Positions 40,581-53,600 of a stretch of 64,000 bases of DNA are shown piece after piece. Made by a program: the position numbers and the translations under genes. The stretch's first letter is position 1. Each line of letters starts with the position of its first letter. The stretch covers positions 917,936 to 981,935 of the forward strand of contig NIVC01000105.1 of the NCBI GenBank assembly GCA_002269645.1, given 5' to 3'. This DNA comes from Macrostomum lignano (lineage: Eukaryota). The notes under the pieces are model-generated. The model was not told where the DNA came from. It saw only the letters and a program-made list of their open reading frames with translations, and ran no database searches.

Positions 40581-43410
40581 CGCGATTATGAGCTGCTCGT
40601 AGTTAAATATTCGTCAAAAGGACCTCCTAACAAGCAGTGCAATTCAAACGATTCTAACAAATCCAATTCAACTACTTTTCCTTCAGTTGTTTCAACTGCA
40701 GAGTAATTTGAAGTTCCAAGCATCTCAATATTTATAGAAAAGTGAGAAGCTAATTACGGTTAAAATATGGCCGCAACTGTTGGGTTCTCAGTTAAATTCG
40801 CGTGCATCGGCGGTTCTTCTTTCTTGGAGTTATTTTATCGTTTTTATCAGCCGTGTGTTAATTTACCTTGACACTTTTATTTGTACTTAATTTCGCCGAG
40901 CCTAATTAGTTTCTTTAAAATTAATCAAGCTTAGATAAGCGGTACGGGAAGCATTTTGTGCGCCAGCACTATCTGTCTCTCGGTTAAAAATGACACTCCC
41001 ACAATTACGACGTACAATAGAATTTGCAATGCTGAGCTAATCTGTGCTTTGCCACCTGCTGCCGCCACACCCCTTTGATAATTATATTGAGCTTTTTTAC
41101 TGAGCCTCGAGATTCGCTCTACCGTAATCCAGTTCCGATCCAGTACAGTTCCGGTTCAGTTTCAATCCGATTGCGTCTGCCGTACAGATACTCTCTTTAA
41201 ATCGAACGTCTTTGAAAGATAAATAAGAACGGTTCAAACGTGTTTTAAAATGTTGCAATTCGTTGAAGTACAAAGAAATTAGTATAGTTGATTCTAGTAA
41301 ACCGGCTTTGTGACGTCGGCACAAGACTTAATTTTGAATTGATTCAAGACTCAGTCAATTTCCTCAAGACCAGATAAATATCAAGAATTGATGTCTCCTT
41401 TGCAATGCGTTTTAAAAAAGTCTACTTGCATTCATAATAAGCGCCAAACTTGTAGCTAGGGCTCATGGCTATTCATTAATTATTTTGATTTACACATTGA
41501 TTGATTTTTAACTACTCATATATAACCGATCAGTTTTATTACAAAAATACCTAATAAAAATTCCACGCAAATTACGATGTTAAAATCGTTGAGACTCTAC
41601 ATTAACACGATATTTCGTAAGAGAGCTTTACGAGTCAAACGACTGCAGTTAAAGAACGAGTCACTAAAATGCACCGGGGGCAAATCTCGGCGGGCAATTC
41701 GATATAAAAAGTTTTTTTTCCGTCCGAGTACTACAATATGCTGGATGCGTGTCGACTTTCGCCACCTATTTCTACTGGGAGTATATTGATAAGCAACTTT
41801 TTCTTCAACGCGTCGTAGTGTTTTAGGAGATGCATGAGTTATTTATGCGTTTCCTTACATGAAAGTTCCAATTTAATTTCAAATAAATACTCTCCAAACA
41901 GCTTAATATTTACGCTCCTGTTCTTAGCTCGTGAAATCCAGTGGAAAACAAAAACTCGATTTTCAGGATAAAATGATCAGGGAAAGGAATAACACTGTGA
42001 CGTTGCCGAATTCGTGATTAATTTTCTTGACTTAAGATTTTTGAAATTATTTTCCTTTGTGTTGTTATCAGTATTATCTAATCATATTAGAAAATGCTGT
42101 CGATTATTTTTAGTTCATTGCTTACGTTTATTTTACTGCATCTCTAAATTATGACACAAGAACGACCAACTTATAGACGTACAACTTTTTTCTATTTACG
42201 CGTACATTTGTGTACGCTGGCAGTGCCTTGCAGTTTCGCAGTACAGTGTTCAATTGCAGTATTCGTCTTACGAGCCAGGACAGCTCCAGTGAATTTTAAT
42301 TCGGGATGAACCTTTAGTCATACATTTTTTTTTCGAATATTATCGCACCAAATATCTTTCGTAAAAATCGCACAACTGCAAGTGCCGGCGAGTTGACCAG
42401 AAAATTATAATTATAGTCCAACCGTTGGTTTAGCAAAGTCGTTCTAAACTAATCAGTCTTCAAAACACATGTTTGATGACGCAAGGAATCAAATAATTAA
42501 TGAATTTTTACCGCACGTCCCAAATAAATATCGCGTATTTATAACTCAACCATCGTTTTTAAGTCATAACACTACAGCGCCGGATGAAAAAACTTGCAGA
42601 TGAATTTCTCGTGTTCATTCGTTTTTTATTTAAATGAATAAATATAAGACATGCAGAAGCGCCTATGAAAGCTAAAGGAAAAAATATTTTCCTCAGTATT
42701 TATTTCAATAAAAAAGTTTTTCTATGTAAAAAATGTTTTTCCTATTCTTGCACTTATAATTAGCTTATCAAAACTTTGCACTAAAGCAAATCCGCCTATA
42801 AACTCAACTCCATGTGGCTAATATCTCAGATTGTAAATTGACATTAACGTTATTTGAACTACCTTAGGTAGCTGGTAATTTGCACGTTATCTGGTAATTA
42901 AGGCTAGCTAGTGGTTTATTGGGATCGCAATGTATGTAAACATTTACGTTGTTGGTGACAATGGCGTGGTTCTGAACCGAACTAGTGCGCGACGGAACTT
43001 TTTCGTATTTTCTTATTGTCTAAAACAATAATCACCTGAAAATTTATGCGATTGTCTAAAACTTTAATAGGCTGGGTAGGTTTTATTCCTAAATTAATAT
43101 TCCCATGTGCTGAATATGTAGTCATGTTATACTGCATTTAATTTAAGGAAGAGTTATTAATTAATCGTCAAAATCTATCAATCCTACGGAGTACTTTGGC
43201 GCCACAGGCACTCCTTTTAGCGCCCTAAAGCAAAACTATTGATTTCCACAAACTGGTCACAAAGCATCGGCATGTCCTCCATAGCTTTTACTTCCCCCTG
43301 TCCCCAGCTGGTGATGCCACTGAGCCACTGAAAATAGGCCAAAATTTTTTTAGCAAAAAATTTTCTATTGGGCTGTCCAGCTAAGCTAGCCAGCTACTCA
43401 CAATTCCCTG

Positions 43411-43743
43411 CTCGAAAAGGACTGTCTCATTGAGTCAGATTTCACTGAGCAAATCCTCGCAATGCTCATTTGGCGTTCGAGAATTCGATGGAAGAGGCAG
43501 ACAAAGCGGGACAGAAATTGGAAGATGACTATCGATGGTTGCACTCCAATCTCTGATATCATATCCTATTTGATGTATACTAAAATTTCACATTCAATAC
43601 GTACAATCGAGCGTAAATACTTAATTACACTTTTAAATGCTCTGCAGCAGAAAATTTTAATTTTGAACTGTTTAAACTGCGGCTGGGCTGACTGAGGTGG
43701 GTGATAAACGGAACCACTGGCTCTGACCGAGAGCTTCCGTTGT
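43411..43743. repeat. Dispersed repeat, copy B (reverse complement of 19944-20280)
   Basis: Collinear blocks match copy A in inverted orientation. Confidence 0.85.
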
Positions 43744-45179
43744 GTATCGATCTATTAAACACTCTGTCAGCGGTTAGTAACAGTCAGTTCGCCTGCGGTT
43801 GAACTCTTCTTTAATATTGTCACAGCAAGCAAAGCAAAAGAAGAGATACATGCGTGTATGAGCGACATATGTTAACTGCGCACGTTGCAGAAGTAAAAAT
43901 TGAAGAAAGTGATGTTCCATAACAATGATGTTCATGATGTTCAATGAAAAGTGACAATGTACAGTTATTAAAATAAAAAAATTGAATTACATCATCAAAG
44001 TTTACCGTGCTCTGGTCTTTCAAAAGCAGTTTCTTTCTTGTGTTGGGGCAAAATCTGTTCTTGGTCGAAATCGCTATTTTTAGCTCTAAAGAAATCTGTG
44101 AGGGGTCTTTTCACTTTTGTTTGTCTACTGGGCTATTCTCAGCATCGATCGAACACATACGCAACCACACTCTCACGACTCTAACAACTCTAACAACTCT
44201 AAGTTGTTAAACATGAGAAATTTCTATTGTACACTCTGTTACTTGGAGTGGCCCTCACAAACTAAGCCTCAGGCCAATTTTCGATAACGAGCACCAAATA
44301 AATGCGGTTTTTTGAGCACGGAGTTCTGGGTGCGTTTCAAAGTTCGCATTGGATTTTACTTTCACAATTGAGAGATTGATAATTGTAAATCGTGTCATAA
44401 TCAGGATACTACGCTGGGAAGACACTGTTGTATCTCTAATAGATGTATAATCATCTATTTAGCTTAATAATAGATGAGCTTAGCTTAGCTTAATAATCCG
44501 CTCAGTCGCGGTGGCCGTTTTCAGTATATTTGCATACGGTTACAGTCACGGGTATAATTGTCTATGGCCAAAGCCACACAAATAAGGCTGGGGATACACC
44601 TGACACTAGAAAGAGTGAGATTTAGAATAAGTTCAAGACATTGAATATGTGAATGGCCATGCAGAGCAGAGCGGCTCTAGGGCTTACTGCATGGACACTG
44701 CAACCACCATGGATGGTTTTAGAACGACGATGGTACCAAAACATATGCCTTAAATTTGTTATTTTAGGTCTTGCAGATGCAAAAGACTCGTAAACTATAT
44801 AATAACTACTGTAACAGTTATTTAGGCGGATATTACAGATTATTATACAGAACTTTCTTACGAAATATTTAAAGTTTCACTTCCTGCTATGGCCCATCAT
44901 ATAAAATACATTTTAAAAACTTAACAAAAATAACAATGCCAGTACCTGTATTTTTCAAATAACAAAAAACAGCCGTAAGGTGGTCAAATCGTCGTTTCGT
45001 TGTCTTATGCCTGCGCTTATATTTCGATTCGACAACGCACAGCCACCACAACGTGAAACTACTTAATTATCATCTGTACATTTTAAAGTCAGAAGGACAT
45101 CTACAATCACGAATTAATATAACTATCTGGTTTACGTCTCTCGTTGTGTCTTCTCGTCGCTTTGCCGTCGAACAAACCG

Positions 45180-46549
45180 CTAGCGAGGTCCTGGACAAAA
45201 TTGAAGTGGAATAAACAATTTTATTATTTTCTGTGAGCCTTTTAATTGTACTCCAACACTTTACTTAGACGCTGTAGTGTACGTTTTTGCCTACAAATAA
45301 AATCACCAGTGCTCTCAAACGGCGCTTTACCAGCAGTGTCAAGGAACATCTTCACGTTGGTGCGGCCGTTCGGGTTCCACTCGTTGGCCTGGATGCCCAT
45401 CTGCGCGCAGCCGACACTACCGCAGCTCGAGCATTTTCCAGCCTTGAAGTTCGCGTAGGAGTCGCAAGGGAAAGCTTTGTAGTTGCCCTGCCGATTCTCG
45501 ATGGTGCTGGTCACCATCGGCAGAACTCGGAGATGGTCGCAAGAGATGCTCCACTTGGTGCCTTCGATGACGCCGTCAATAATTATGTTAATGATGGGGT
45601 TCTGCGTGCAGTCCGGCTGCTTCTTGCCACCGTTCGGATAAATATCCACGTGACCGACCGCCTGCATCATGCCGAAGCCGCCTTTCAACACAACACTACT
45701 CAGCAGGCTGTCGCCGTCAGTGTGGATGGCGTCGACGAATCGAGCGTCCGTGGGGTCGAGCCGGACCTCCGGGTGCGTGTTCTCGAAGTACGGACCGGCC
45801 GGGTCCATGCCGGTGATGCGGCCGAGTCGCCGACTTCCAGTGAGCCTCTCGCCCGCGTATCCGGCGATGTGCGAGCCGAGGCTGTGGCCGAGCAGGTGGA
45901 ACTGCTCACGGTTGGCTCCGAACTGGGTCTCCAGCCACATGATGAGCTGGGCGATCAGGGCTCCGACCACGCGAGTGTTGGCCGTAGCCTGGGTGTAGGG
46001 CAGCTGGTTGCCCTTGCTCCAATCAAGTTGGATCACATTGTAGTCTCCGTGAAGCAGCAAAGCTTTCTTCATTTCCACCATCCAGGCGGTTGTGCCAACG
46101 TCGAGGAAGCCGTGTATAATGATCTTAGTCGGTAGCCTAGGGTTAAAGTTGGAACCAGTGACGCTGGCCTTGTTGTTGTAGACGATGTTTTGAGCGGCAA
46201 CGATGTTCCTGCGGGTGAACAGCGCGTATGTCGGCTGGATGCGGTCGGGGCTCTGCGGCAGCACCTGCACCGGGCGCTTCAAGACGTCGTAGAAGTTTCC
46301 ACCAGTGCTGAAGCAGCCGAGACCGTCGTAACAGACTTTCATGGGGATTAATCCTGAAGTTGATCAAGTTTTTGCAGTGATTTTCGCTTTTGTAATGTTT
46401 TGAATCATTTTGCCAGTTTTATTTTTCTAGAAAGGGATAGAGTAAAGTCGTAAATGCAATTCACTCTTCTGCCTGTGCAGCTCCATGCCGACAGTCAGCT
46501 GAACACCAACTGCCAGCACACACGCAAGCAGAAAAAGTCGGATGGCCAT
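45180..46549 (-). CDS. Pancreatic-lipase-family lipase lacking PLAT (copy 3); exons 46549-46465, 46353-45307, 45190-45180
   Basis: Signal exon MAIRLFLLACVLAVGVQLTVG, 1047-nt catalytic exon, donor G|GTGATT, acceptor ttttgtccAG, then G+GA CCT CGC TAG. Confidence 0.9.
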
Positions 46550-47094
46550 CGCGGTAGCAGGGGTTCTAGATGAAGCTTGATTTGAACTCGAAGACGCCTC
46601 TATCCTTCCTTCGATTCTGCCTTTTATGGCCGTCATTCAGCTCATTATTTATGTACTTTTGTACCCAGAAAAGCATCAGTATCACGTGGCAAATTCTCAT
46701 ATTTTAATTATTGTTTAGCGGATAATTTATTAAACTGTTTAGTTCGATGAATTCCTACCTTTAGCAGGTGGAGCATTTATTCTCATACTAATTGTGCTGA
46801 AGTGCTGTGTAAACTTCCCCGCACCCCGAAATTACTTTTTAAGTCAGCAGGTAAGTCTCTCACGTAAAATAACAGTAAATCCTTCTGTATTTGCTGTTCT
46901 ATTTTGCGATGCTCATTAAAGTTGTTTGCTGCAACTACTGGCTCACTAACATAATACCGGTTGGCTATTAGCTATATGGCATCGACAACGTGTACAAGTT
47001 GAACTCAGCTATTGAACCAATAATGCACAATAGTTTTGCAAGAATTTTAGAAGTGACCTGACAGTTCATGCAATTTATTTCTTCTGAAACTGCA

Positions 47095-47705
47095 CTTGTT
47101 CTTCTGACACTCCATCGTTTCTCCTGACACACTCCTATCGTTTCTCCTGACACTTTGCACTGTTTCCCCTGACACACTCCCATCCTTTCTCCTGACACAC
47201 TCCCATCGTTTCTCCTGACACACTCCCATCGTTTCTCCTGACACACTCCCATTGTTTCTCCTGACACACTCCCATCGTTTCTCCTGACACACTCCCATCG
47301 TTTCTCCTGACACACTCCCATTGTTTCTCCTGACACACACCCATTGTTTCTCCTGACACACTCCCATTGTTTCTCCTGACACACTCCCATCGTTTCTCCT
47401 GACACACTCCCATCGTTTCTCCTGACACACTCCCATTGTTTCTCCTGACACACTCCCATTGTTTCTCCTGACACACTCCCATTGTTTCTCCTGACACACT
47501 CCCATTGTTTCTCCTGACACACTCCCATCGTTTCTCCTGACACTCTGCATCGTTTCTCCTGACACTCTGCATCGTTTCTCCTGACACTCTGCATCGTTTC
47601 TCCTGACACTCTGCATCGTTTCTCCTGACACTCTGCATCGTTTCTCCTGACACTCTGCATCGTTTCTTCTGACACTCTGCATCGTTTCTCTTGACACACA
47701 CACAC
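47095..47705. repeat. 21-23 bp minisatellite (cgtttctcctgacacactcccat)
   Basis: About 26 units. Confidence 0.95.
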
Positions 47706-47744
47706 ATCAATCCTTAAATTCGTAGATTGGTTTTAGTATCAAAT

Positions 47745-47875
47745 ATTGAATACTGAATACTGAATACTGAATACTGAATACTGAATACTGAGTACTGAAT
47801 ACTTAGTACTGAATACTGAGTACTGAATAATGAATACTGAATACTGAGTACTGAATACTTAGTACTGAATACTGC
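47745..47875. repeat. 7 bp tandem repeat (tactgaa)
   Basis: Directly visible. Confidence 0.92.
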
Positions 47876-48286
47876 TCTGCATCGTGATTGAGAACAGCAA
47901 GGGAGCCACAGTGGCTGAGACAGTGGAAAACATTCAGCTTTAGTTGAAACTGTACTGCCGAAAACTTGATCAATAAGCTCTGGACACTTTCTAGGCTTAT
48001 GCTATACCAACAACTCCCCTTTCTATTCAAAATTCTTTCTCATATGAAATAAGCTTTAGACTTTCGTGGCAACCCCCTCCCCCTTCCCGTGAACGGAGAG
48101 GCAATGGAGAGTTGAAGCGGGCGTGGAATTGAAAATAAAAAAAAATATCGATTGCTCAATATCGAAGATCTACTGCACTCGCGGTAGATCCACGCTTCTC
48201 TGTATGAATAGCCTTGCCTTAGTAGTTGTGTCTAGTTGCCATAATAAGCTTTCACAAAGCAAGCTTAAGGAGAAGCATTCCGCAGC

Positions 48287-50612
48287 ATGGAGTGCTCAAT
48301 GTTCTGCCCCATCACGCTGGTGTTCCTCATCTCCGGCAGCGTCATGGTCGTCCTTGGCATCTTCACGCATAACTGGGGCTGCGAGAACTACGGAAGTCTG
48401 TATAGCGGTGAGAGCTGCCGTCTGGGGTGTGTTTTGCGTGTTTTAAACTGCGTTCTAAAACCGACTCAAAGTCGGAAATCCCCAATCCCTTGGCAATTAA
48501 GGCAATCAAACTGAAATCTCAATGCCTCACAATGAAAACCCTAATGCATCTTAATGGAAATCCCAATGCCTCCCAATGGAAACCCCAATGCCTCTCAATG
48601 TAAAACCCCAATGCCTCCCAATGGAAACCCCAATGCCTCCCAATGGAAACCCCAATGCCTCTCAATGGAAATCCCGATGCCTCACAATGGAAATCCCAAT
48701 GCCTCTCAAATAGAAATCCCAATGCCTCAAAATGGAAACCCCAATGCCTCTCAATGGGAACCCCAATGCCTACCAATGGAAATCCCGATGCCTCCCAATG
48801 GAAATCCCAATGCCTCTCAAATGGAAACCCCAATGCCTCTCAATGGAAATCCCAATGCCTCTCAAATGGAAATCCCAATGCCTCTCAATGGAAACCCCAA
48901 TGCCTCCCAATGAAAACCCCAATGCCTCTCAAATGGAAATCCCGATGCCTCACAATGGAAATTCCAATGACTGTCAATGGAAATCCCAATGCCTCTCAAT
49001 GGAAACCCCAATGCCTCCCAATGAAAACCCCAATGCCTCTCAAATGGAAATCCCGATGCCTCACAATGGAAATTCCAATGACTGTCAATGGAAATCCCAA
49101 TGCCTCTCAATGGAAATCCCAATGCCTCTCAATGGAAATCCCAATGCCTCCCAATGGAAATCCCAATGCCTCTCAATGGAAATCCCGATGCCTCACAATG
49201 GAAATTCCAATGCCTCTCAATGGAAATCCCGATGCCTCACAATGGAAATTCCAATGCCTCACAATGGAAATTCCAATGCCTCTCAATGGAAATCCCGATG
49301 CCTCTCAAATGGAAATCCCAATGCCTCCCAATGGAAACCCCAATGCCTCTCAAATGGAAATCCCGATGCCTCACAATGGAAATCCCGATGCCTCACAATG
49401 GAAATTCCAATGCCTCTCAATGGAAACCCCAATGCCTCTCAATGGAAACCCCAATGCCTCTCAAATGGAAATCCCGATGCCTCACAATGGAAATTCCAAT
49501 GACTGTCAATGGAAATCCCAATGCCTCTCAATGGAAACCCCAATGCCTCTCAATGGAAATCCCGATGCCTCCCAATGGAAATCCCAATGCCTCTCAATGG
49601 AAATCCCGATGCCTCACAATGGAAATTCCAATGCCTCTCAATGGAAATCCCGATGCCTCACAATGGAAATTCCAATGCCTCACAATGGAAATTCCAATGC
49701 CTCTCAATGGAAATCCCGATGCCTCTCAAATGGAAACCCCAATGCCTCCCAATGGAAACCCCAATGCCTCTCAAATGGAAATCCCAATGCCTCTCAATGG
49801 AAACCCCAATGCCTCTCAATGGAAATCCCGATGCCTCCCAATGGAAATCCCAATGCCTCTCAATGGAAATCCCGATGCCTCACAATGGAAATTCCAATGC
49901 CTCTCAATGGAAATCCCGATGCCTCACAATGGAAATTCCAATGCCTCACAATGGAAACTCCAATGCCTCTCAATGGAAACCCCAATGCCTCCCAATGGAA
50001 ACCCCAATGCCTCTCAAATGGAAACCCCAATGCCTCCCAATGGAAACCCCAATGCCTCTCAAATGGAAACCCCAATGCCTCCCAATGGAAACCCCAATGC
50101 CTCTCAAATGGAAATCCCAATGCCTCTCAATGGAAACCCCAATGCCTCTCAATGGAAACCCCAATGCCTCTCAATGGAAATCCCAACGCCTCTCAATGGA
50201 AATCCCGATGCCTCACAATGGAAATCCCAATGCCTCCCACCAAACAGGCTGCAACGGTCGCTGGGCGGACCAGAACCAAGCAGGCTATTACGCCAGCAAG
50301 GTGATGGTGTTCATCGGGCTGGCCTGCACCCTGCTCGCAATTGTGCTGGAGATGCTGATATGCTGCATCGAAGCCTGCCGGGTGTCGCGGGTGTTCGCCA
50401 TCATACGCGGCATTTTCATTATCCTGGCATTCGTCATCCTGATGAGCTCGGTGCTAATCATCACCCACCTGATGGGAGGAATCTACAGCTACCTGAGCCT
50501 GGCCATGGGCACCGTATTCATTTTGCAAGCGTCTAGCATCATATTCGCCAGGCTGACCAACACCATTCACTGCGGAGCTCTGCAGGAGGAGGAGAGACCG
50601 TTGAAGAAGTGA
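48287..50612 (+). CDS. Claudin/PMP22/EMP-like four-transmembrane protein, 161 aa; exons 48287-48407 and 50248-50612
   Basis: Donor G|GTGAGA at 48408, acceptor caaacAG ends at 50247, phase 1; 121+365=486 nt. Four hydrophobic segments; first loop NWGCENYGSLYSGCNGRW resembles the claudin W-GLW-C-C signature. Confidence 0.8.
48512..50240. repeat. 22-23 bp minisatellite (aatggaaatcccaatgcctctc) filling the intron of the claudin-like gene
   Basis: About 78 units running almost to the acceptor AG. Confidence 0.97.
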
Positions 50613-53600
50613 ACAGCCTGCCAGTGCGGAAGTACGATAACAGTCCGTTTAACGAGGTTTTCTCTGCAAAATGCATTGGCCAGTTTACATGGGAAGTTTG
50701 CAGTTCTTTTAGCACCTGAGCACCCAATTTCTTACTTTCTGGACTTCTCAAATGCAAATTGAGTAAATAAATACTCATTCCGTCTGTGGTCGTCACTTTT
50801 GAGAGTGCAGGTAAAGTCTCTCAATATCTCAATCAAGAAGACTTAAGTTGAGGAATGAAGTTGGGGAGTGGTGTGCGAGAGTTGGAAGGATTAAAGCTAC
50901 CCGATCAGTTTTCTTGTATCTTTTACTTCAGAGCAGTCCAAGAGAAATTGCTGACTGGCGCATAGAGTGGCGGCTTTTCAATGTTGCTGAGTATATATTG
51001 CTGTTGCATTGCTGGAATAAGCAGTATTGCATCAAATTAACTGATGTATTTAAAATTCGTAAGTTTAGGGTTTCAGACATCAGTTACCAATTTCTATTGA
51101 AAACTCCAAATTTAGCCCATGCACTTTTCTGGGAAAACCAGCGTCCAATAAAAATCGCACTATCTATTCTTCCACTTAAGAAGTCAACATGATGAATTGT
51201 TTGCCAATCGGTTTTCACGCATAACTAATCCTTGGTAAAAGGTAATTAATGCAATAATTAAGACCCTTTGAATTTATCTTCAAGTTGCAATATGGAGTTT
51301 GTATTTTTGTCTACGGAGGTTTTAATTCCGTCATTAAAATATGTCAGTCGTTATTGTTAAGTTTGTACATAAAAATATGGGTCAGATTGTCAACAGAGGT
51401 CAGTACAGTACATGCAACATGTATTTAAAACATGCAGATCAAATCTGATTGTCCAATTATGTCAGTATTTGTCAGAAGGGATACTTTCGTAGTCTGCAAG
51501 GTTTGTCTGTCTGTCCTGGCGATGTCGGAATATTTTTTTAACATTTGCAATTTAAATTAAAATAGCATATACCAGCCTTTTGACTTGCATGTTGGCCAAA
51601 ATAATTTTCGTGTAAAAATAAATATTGCATCGGCTGCGGATTGTCTCAGAATAAAACAGCAACTTTATCATCATTATTTTAATGAGGCCAGTGCTAAATA
51701 AATAACTGAGACCCACTTTGCCGATCAGCACTGGTGAGTTTCAAAACGATCGACATTACAGCAAACGGATAGACGGATATGTTCTATACCAGCGCCCACA
51801 GGCAAAGCTGCCTTGCAATGTTTAGTACTAATCGGAGCATTTACATGTAGCAAATAATTCCATTTCATGACCGAATAGTTGACAAACAGTTGCGCAATCG
51901 CAAGCATTGGTTAGGTTTAGTCCCTTTGGTGGTACTTAGGGGAGTGCGCAGTTGCCAGTTTTATCTACGGAGCAAATACGGGGATGGCATTGCATTGCAT
52001 TGCAACAAAAACAACAACAAAAACAATTTCGCAAGCAAAGTCACAGAGCAGAGTGCATCAGATGGCGCGCCGCAGAGCCTGAGAGCGGACGAAGTCCGCC
52101 CCGTTGGCAGTGTCGGGCACCCCGGCGTCGCGTAGGAGGCAGTCCACGCATCGACGGGTTTGGGCCTGACACCGCATGAACGGCCCTTGCAACGTAAGCA
52201 GCAGGACATCCTGAACAGGTTGGGGCAGTAGCCCTCGGTCCGGATCACGTGGCCCGCCAGTTAAAGTCGCCGCCGGCGCAGGATGATGGACGGGCGCTGC
52301 AGCTTGGCAATCAAGCAAGTCTAGGTATAGCCTCTCACCCAACCAATCAGAAACTTAACAGCCGGAGACCAGGTAATCCACAGTGCGAATCGGCTTAGGG
52401 ATGATGATGTCACAGTTCTTTGCTGATAGCTATAGCAGGTGATAGTCTCAAACTCGTCGATCGACGCCGTTGACCGGGGGATTCGTCCTTGATGATGAGG
52501 GGGGGGGTTGTCGCAATCCGGGGATCAAGAGACGGTCATGACTCCGGAGGTATGAGTCCGGGAGTCCAAAAAGGTTAAGTCAGGACGGGGACGAGGGTTG
52601 AGTCCGAGCGGGCCAAAAACATCGGTTTAAATAGCCGCCAACTGGACCGCAGTTTGTTAAAATGGAACACCTGGACACTGATTGGTTGAGCCGATTTGTT
52701 ATAACTGACGTCGAAGTTTCTTCTAATTGGCTGAGCTTGTTGCGACCCAAACTCACGTGACCAAACGATCCTATTAGTTCCCTCGGAGCTATAAAAATAC
52801 TCCAGGCGCTGTCATAAATCATTCAAAATGGCTACATTGATGATTTTATGACCTTTCGCGTAGGAATTACAAAAATTAATAAAAAAATGCATTAGAAAGA
52901 TCTTACTGTATTAAGTAGAAGGTGAAGATGGTGAAGAGAAATTGCTAATACTTTTAGGGGTAAAACGCATAGCTGTCAGAGCTGTCACACGCTTGAGTGA
53001 ACACAAGAAACAGGCCCTGACCTCATAAATCTGATGGCCTGTCAAAAATGATGAGAAAAAAGCTACCGCCCGCATCTGCTCAGTCGACCATCTGGCGCCT
53101 GCCTCAGCACTGAGTGAGGCGCAGGTGGCTGTCAAAACAGGCTCACAAGCAATGATTTATGACTCCAAAAGTAGGGAAAACCGCACCTATGTTATTATGA
53201 CTACAAGTATGGCAAAATTATGCATTCAAGGAAAATTAAGTAAAGAGGAGAAAAATGCTCATAGCCTGCTGTAATTGTAGGCCAACAAGTTTGGAGCCCA
53301 TGTGCGAACGTGAAATTTGGAAAAAAGTGCGTCCTCATCATTATATTGAATAGAGCTCTTGCTAAGACTATTGGTTAAACTTAATTCCAATGTGAAATGC
53401 ATGATCAATGCGAGCAAACTTCATTTGGCGGATCTTCGGCGGACAATCTTCAGCAGGCAAAATTCATGCTGGCAAACTTTGCTCGGGCAAGCTTCAGTGG
53501 GCAGACTTCGGCAGGCAGACTTTCGGGGCAAAATGCGAAAGATTAAAAAAAGGACCACTGTAAATTAACTGTATACGTACAGTGGTCCTTACACCAAAGA

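Noticed and set aside
40600-45150. Additional genes or PLAT exons between lipase copies 3 and 2
   Set aside because: AT-rich, only short ORFs, and no segment resembling the PLAT exons found by eye
37011-46135. Plus-strand ORFs of 280-370 aa opposite the lipases (also 29940-31016 opposite Kv1)
   Set aside because: Antisense shadows of GC3-rich coding exons
48554-50240. 250-550 aa MEIPMPLNGNP ORFs
   Set aside because: Minisatellite inside the intron; only 50248-50612 is coding
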